A stretch of 63,955 nt of DNA, filler included. It is 4 parts of 4 records of this genome, joined end to end, with 100 filler letters (N's around TTAATTAATTAA, not from the genome) between each part and the next. Parts side by side here need not be neighbours in the genome. Positions count along the whole stretch, not along the records: positions 57,550 to 60,792 come from SRR20825010_4310; positions 60,893 to 63,955 come from SRR20825010_4394; 2 more parts are not named here. One strand, 5' to 3'. A program made the position numbers and the translations under genes. Below, in pieces: positions 59,995-63,955 of the stretch. Each line of letters begins with the position of its first letter. Position 1 is the first letter of the stretch. Below the pieces are notes generated by a model. That model did not search any database. It had not been told where the DNA came from and worked only from the letters and a program-made list of their open reading frames with translations.

Positions 59995-60792
59995 AATTTT
60001 TCCTTCCTTCATTTTCTCAATTTTTATCCCATTTTTCAAGTCGGTGTTGGATACTGTATTATCATTTCTTTCCAATGACTTTAATAGGCAGTATCGTAAC
60101 ACATTGATGATTTCTGCCGCAGTTAGCTCATGTTTTTCACTAAGGTCTTCCAAATCAACCTGAGTATCATATTTAAATTCCCCATGCAATGCTGTCTGCC
60201 AGAGTGCAAGTCGCTGAGAATTATCAGGAATGGAAAAGTTTACGACTAATTGAAACCGCCTAAAGAAAGCTTCATCAATATTATTCTTGAAATTGGAGCA
60301 AAGAATAACTAAACCGTCAAAATCCTCTATGCGCTGAAGTAAAAATGAAACCTCTTGATTAGCATAGCGATCATGTGAATCCGAAGTTTGGCTTCGTTTT
60401 CCAAATAGAGCATCTGCTTCATCGAAAAACAAGATCCAATTTTTATCAGTTGCTTGATCAAATACTCGAGCAAGATTCTTTTCTGTTTCCCCAATAAATT
60501 TGGAAACAATCATTGATAGATCGACGCGATAAACCTCCATATTACAAGTTTTACCAAGTAAACTTGCTGTCATGGTTTTCCCGGTGCCAGGCGGACCGGT
60601 AAATAGGACTTTAAATCCGGGTTTAATTCTTCTTCCAAACTTAAAGTCATCTTTTAACCTAGTCCCAAACTTTAACCAGTTCTTAATTTCCGCTATCCCC
60701 TCTAGAACTGAATCGTTAACAATAAGATCAGACCACTCCTGTTTTGTTTGAATTCTTTTCGCTGGAAATTCACCGTCAAAATTCGGAGTGAA
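59989..60792 (-). CDS. AAA+ ATPase (Afp15/Pvc15-like), 5'-truncated
   Basis: Frame open to the contig edge: FPAKRI..WSDLIV...Walker A GPPGTGKT; VDLSMIVSKFIGETEKNL; Walker B ILFFDEADALFGKR; RYANQEVSFLLQRIE. Confidence 0.92.
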   Translation of the reverse strand, partial: FTPNFDGEFPAKRIQTKQEWSDLIVNDSVLEGIAEIKNWLKFGTRLKDDFKFGRRIKPGFKVLFTGPPGTGKTMTASLLGKTCNMEVYRVDLSMIVSKFIGETEKNLARVFDQATDKNWILFFDEADALFGKRSQTSDSHDRYANQEVSFLLQRIEDFDGLVILCSNFKNNIDEAFFRRFQLVVNFSIPDNSQRLALWQTALHGEFKYDTQVDLEDLSEKHELTAAEIINVLRYCLLKSLERNDNTVSNTDLKNGIKIEKMKEGKIL

Positions 60793-60892
60793 NNNNNNNN
60801 NNNNNNNNNNNNNNNNNNNNNNNNNNNNNNNNNNNNTTAATTAATTAANNNNNNNNNNNNNNNNNNNNNNNNNNNNNNNNNNNNNNNNNNNN
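60793..60892. other. Artificial contig-joining spacer
   Basis: N44-TTAATTAATTAA-N44. Confidence 0.98.
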
Positions 60893-60893
60893 G

Positions 60894-62618
60894 GCCGGCA
60901 AAGGGGATGAAGTCCGTCAGATCATTGAGCCCAAACTCAAAACCGAAAAAGACGACCAGCAACGCTGTGGTCTGGCTCGAGAACTGGTCCGTGCCGGAGA
61001 CCGCTCCAAAGCGGCAATCATGTTTCAGATTCTGGCTGGCAAAGATTCGCACGGCCATGTGCATGCCTGTGAATCGCTCTATAAAGTTAATGAACTGGGT
61101 GATGGAGTTCTGATTCGTGAAGCGATGAAATCGGATAATCCCAAAAAAGCGATGATGGCCGCCGCCCTGCTCTGTCGCTGGGGCAATCCTGAAGCATATC
61201 AAGTCGTTCGCAAATTCCTGCAGGACGACGATGTCAGCATTGCTGCAACCGCTGCCTGGATCATCGCCCGTGTAGGAGACAAATCTGATATCCCCGCCCT
61301 CAAATCTAATCTGAAACGGACCAATGATCCTTTCACCCGCGCTTATTTTGAAACGGCTCTCGCCATGCACGGCGATCCGGAGGGGCTCGCAGCCGTTAAA
61401 GCCAACCTCTCCAGTGACAATGCTGCCGTCAAAACCTATTCTGCCATTTTTGCCGGGGAAGCAGGAGCTGCCAACCTCAAAGAAAAACTGACCAAACAGC
61501 TTAAAGACGAAAACCGGGACGCCCGCATTCGTGCCGCCCAGGCTTTGATTGTCCTCGCGAAAAGTGAATTCCCCAAAGACGAAATTGTTGTCAGCGATGT
61601 GTATGAAGCATCCAAAGAATATCCCCGCTACAGTGAAGGCTCAATCCTCCCCTTAAACGATGGCTCGCTGCTCTACGCCACCACTCAATTTATCGGCAGT
61701 GGCTCTGACTTTGCTACCGCCCGCATCATTGCGAAAAAATCCACCGATGGCGGTCGTACCTGGGGGAAACAGCGTGTCCTGCAGGAAAACACGGGTAAGA
61801 AAAACGTCATGTCGGCAACACTGCGATATCTTGCTGGACCCATGCAGGAAAAACGTCCTATTGGCCTGTTCTATCTTAAGAAAAATACACTGTCTGATCT
61901 CAAAGCCTATCTCAAAGTTTCTGACGACAACGGTAAAACATTCGGCTCCCCGATTGAAATCACGACGCCTCCCGGCTATCACGTCATGAACAACGACCGG
62001 ATTACGATTCTCTCAAACGGTCGCTGGCTGGCACCGGTGGCATCGACTTCCGATGTGCAAAAAAACAACCACTTTGTCAGTACCTGTTTCATCTCTGACG
62101 ATCGGGGAAAAACCTGGAAGCAGTCCAAAGGCAGCGTCGATTATGCCAAACGGGGCGCGATGGAACCGGAAGTCTTTGAACTTAAGGACGGTAACGTGCT
62201 GATGATTTTCCGTACGCAGTCCGGTCATATCGGGTCCAGCCTCTCCAGTGACAAAGGTGATACCTGGAGCAAACCCGTTTCCTGGGGTGTACGGGCACCT
62301 GAAGCGCCTGCCACCCTGCGTCGCATTCCTTCCACTGGAGATCTGCTGCTGATCTGGAACGATAACTTTGAACCCGGTGCGGGTCACAGCGGCAAACGAA
62401 CCCCTCTGACTGCTGCGATCAGCTCTGATGAAGGCAAAACCTGGAAGCTCAAAAAGAACCTCGAGACCGATGCGGACCACACCTATTCCTACATCAGTCT
62501 TACCTTTTACCGGGGACGGGCCATCATGAGCTACTATGTGGGGGACGAAAACCACATGATCTCATCACGCTTTCGTTCAATTCCACTCGCCTGGTTCTAT
62601 CAACCAGAGACGGACTGA
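60894..62618 (+). CDS. HEAT-repeat plus BNR/Asp-box sialidase-like fusion protein, 5'-truncated
   Basis: Frame open from the contig edge (AGKGDEVRQ...); HEAT-like repeats (LKDENRDARIRAAQAL); five Asp-boxes STDGGRTW, SDDNGKTF, SDDRGKTW, SSDKGDTW, SSDEGKTW. Confidence 0.85.
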   Translation, partial: AGKGDEVRQIIEPKLKTEKDDQQRCGLARELVRAGDRSKAAIMFQILAGKDSHGHVHACESLYKVNELGDGVLIREAMKSDNPKKAMMAAALLCRWGNPEAYQVVRKFLQDDDVSIAATAAWIIARVGDKSDIPALKSNLKRTNDPFTRAYFETALAMHGDPEGLAAVKANLSSDNAAVKTYSAIFAGEAGAANLKEKLTKQLKDENRDARIRAAQALIVLAKSEFPKDEIVVSDVYEASKEYPRYSEGSILPLNDGSLLYATTQFIGSGSDFATARIIAKKSTDGGRTWGKQRVLQENTGKKNVMSATLRYLAGPMQEKRPIGLFYLKKNTLSDLKAYLKVSDDNGKTFGSPIEITTPPGYHVMNNDRITILSNGRWLAPVASTSDVQKNNHFVSTCFISDDRGKTWKQSKGSVDYAKRGAMEPEVFELKDGNVLMIFRTQSGHIGSSLSSDKGDTWSKPVSWGVRAPEAPATLRRIPSTGDLLLIWNDNFEPGAGHSGKRTPLTAAISSDEGKTWKLKKNLETDADHTYSYISLTFYRGRAIMSYYVGDENHMISSRFRSIPLAWFYQPETD

Positions 62619-62681
62619 TTATGATTAATGCTTCCCGTTTCATTTCCGATGCGGGGAGCATGTTCGTTTTTGCGAGTTGAG

Positions 62682-63947
62682 CTATTTCCTGCCGATGCAG
62701 TACAACATTTCCTGTCGTTTACCATCAACTTCCTGCGAAACCCGCATATAAATCCGACTGTCGCAGAATGTGGGAGTCGCAAAGACTTCCGTTCCCAGCT
62801 TATTTTCTCCCAGCAGTTCGAATTCCTCAGGATTCGCTTTGAAGATATAGGTCTCGCCGGCTTCGTTAGTCACGTAAATCCGATCTCCCACCAGGACAGG
62901 AGACGAACTGAAGGTTCCCCCCAGTCGTCCTTTCCAGAGCTCTTTTCCGGTCGTCACATCCCAGCAGACGGCGACCCCGTTGTCCGTCACCGAATAAATG
63001 TTGTTATCCTGAATCAGCATGGAAGGGACATACATACGATTGCTGTTTTCCCAGACGACTTCGCCTGAACCATCGGCTTTCACCGCAGCCATGTGATTTT
63101 TAGGGTACCCGCCACTGGTCAGAATCACTTCACCGTTCGTCACCGTCGATGTCACACACTCCGTGGTCGCGCCCTCGATTTCCCAGAGCTTCTTACCAGT
63201 CAGCGGCTCGATGCCAGTCACCAGATCACAGCCGGTCATGAGCAGTTGTTCTTTGCCTGCGACTTCCAGAATGATCGGCGAAGGATAGTTGGGTGTTTTT
63301 GGACGATCAATCTTCCAGACCAGCATGCCGTTGGCTCGATTCATCGCGACAATGGCACCGCCCCCTTTATTGTCAGCGGATACAATCACCAGATCCTGAT
63401 AAATTGCCGGGGAAGAACCGTATCCCTGGTGAATGATGTAGTCGGTTATTTTAGTCTGCCAGACCAGTCGACCATCCAGCGATAGTGCGCTCGTGTAGGC
63501 AGCTCCATCGTTGATGAAGTTGATATAGACCTGAGTCCCATCACAGGCAACCGTCGAGGATGCGTGTGTTGATTTTTTGTTCCCTTTTTCACTTAAACCA
63601 CCGGTGAAGACCACGGTTTTCCAGAGCTGTTTTCCTGTCGCCCGGTCATAACACAGTACAAACTGTGTTTCGTTTTCGGTATCCGCGGAAGCCAGGAAGA
63701 TCCGGTTTCCCACAACTGTTGGTGAACTGTAACCGCGTCCCTGAATTGGCGCTTTCCAGAGAATGTTCTCTGTCGCGTTCCATGTGAGCGGCGGATTCTG
63801 ATCGGGATTCGCAATGCCGTTTCTCTGAGGTCCGCGCCACCAGGGCCAGTCGGTTGTCTTTAACTGGATTGGTTGCGGCTTAACAGGTTCTTTTTCATCA
63901 GCAGGACAACTGAGAGAAACAGAGAGAATCGACAGGCAGAGAATCAT
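62682..63947 (-). CDS. PQQ-like (BamB-family) beta-propeller protein, Planctomycete type
   Basis: Signal peptide; DWPWWRGP, GYSSP, repeated TGKxLW, FSSSPV, FATP. Confidence 0.9.
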   Translation of the reverse strand: MILCLSILSVSLSCPADEKEPVKPQPIQLKTTDWPWWRGPQRNGIANPDQNPPLTWNATENILWKAPIQGRGYSSPTVVGNRIFLASADTENETQFVLCYDRATGKQLWKTVVFTGGLSEKGNKKSTHASSTVACDGTQVYINFINDGAAYTSALSLDGRLVWQTKITDYIIHQGYGSSPAIYQDLVIVSADNKGGGAIVAMNRANGMLVWKIDRPKTPNYPSPIILEVAGKEQLLMTGCDLVTGIEPLTGKKLWEIEGATTECVTSTVTNGEVILTSGGYPKNHMAAVKADGSGEVVWENSNRMYVPSMLIQDNNIYSVTDNGVAVCWDVTTGKELWKGRLGGTFSSSPVLVGDRIYVTNEAGETYIFKANPEEFELLGENKLGTEVFATPTFCDSRIYMRVSQEVDGKRQEMLYCIGRK

Positions 63948-63955
63948 GGTTCGAA

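Overview
This window is not one locus. It is four contig pieces joined by artificial 100-nt spacers (N44-TTAATTAATTAA-N44) at 28674-28773, 57450-57549 and 60793-60892, so adjacency across a spacer means nothing. Segment 1 (1-28673) looks Flavobacteriaceae-like. It holds a CotH-family kinase gene broken by one in-frame TGA, an AraC-linked small-molecule/detox cluster, a 1517-aa DUF285/BspA T9SS surface protein, two DUF6515-like paralogs, an M13 peptidase between two gene remnants, a transglutaminase-like lipoprotein facing an EHP-repeat lipoprotein, a divergent RpoD-family sigma factor, fadH and an uncharacterised secreted enzyme. Segment 2 (28774-57449) looks Cytophagales-like. It holds an alkylation-repair operon with a split Ada, lnb, a radical SAM/SPASM gene, an unannotated 57-aa Cys-rich FeoB-associated-type protein with an upstream palindrome, suhB, and a tightly coupled C39-like peptidase / RLAN-RimK ATP-grasp / GCS2 ligase / N-formylglutamate amidohydrolase operon. 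It also holds a type III PKS / methyltransferase / UbiA / flavoprotein cluster interrupted by an HTH - secreted 6-Cys peptide - 6-bladed propeller cassette, and several proteases including a TPR-CHAT protein. Segment 3 (57550-60792) is AT-rich and is a fragment of an extracellular contractile injection system (sheath, putative cap adaptor, DUF4255 cap, AAA ATPase). Segment 4 (60893-63955) has higher GC and looks Planctomycete-like, with a HEAT-repeat/BNR sialidase-like fusion and a PQQ-like beta-propeller. I saw no rRNA, tRNA, CRISPR array or transposase. Family and taxon calls come from motif recognition by eye; no database search was run. The best candidates for poorly described systems are the peptide-ligase operon, the secreted-peptide cassette and the prenylating type III PKS cluster it interrupts.
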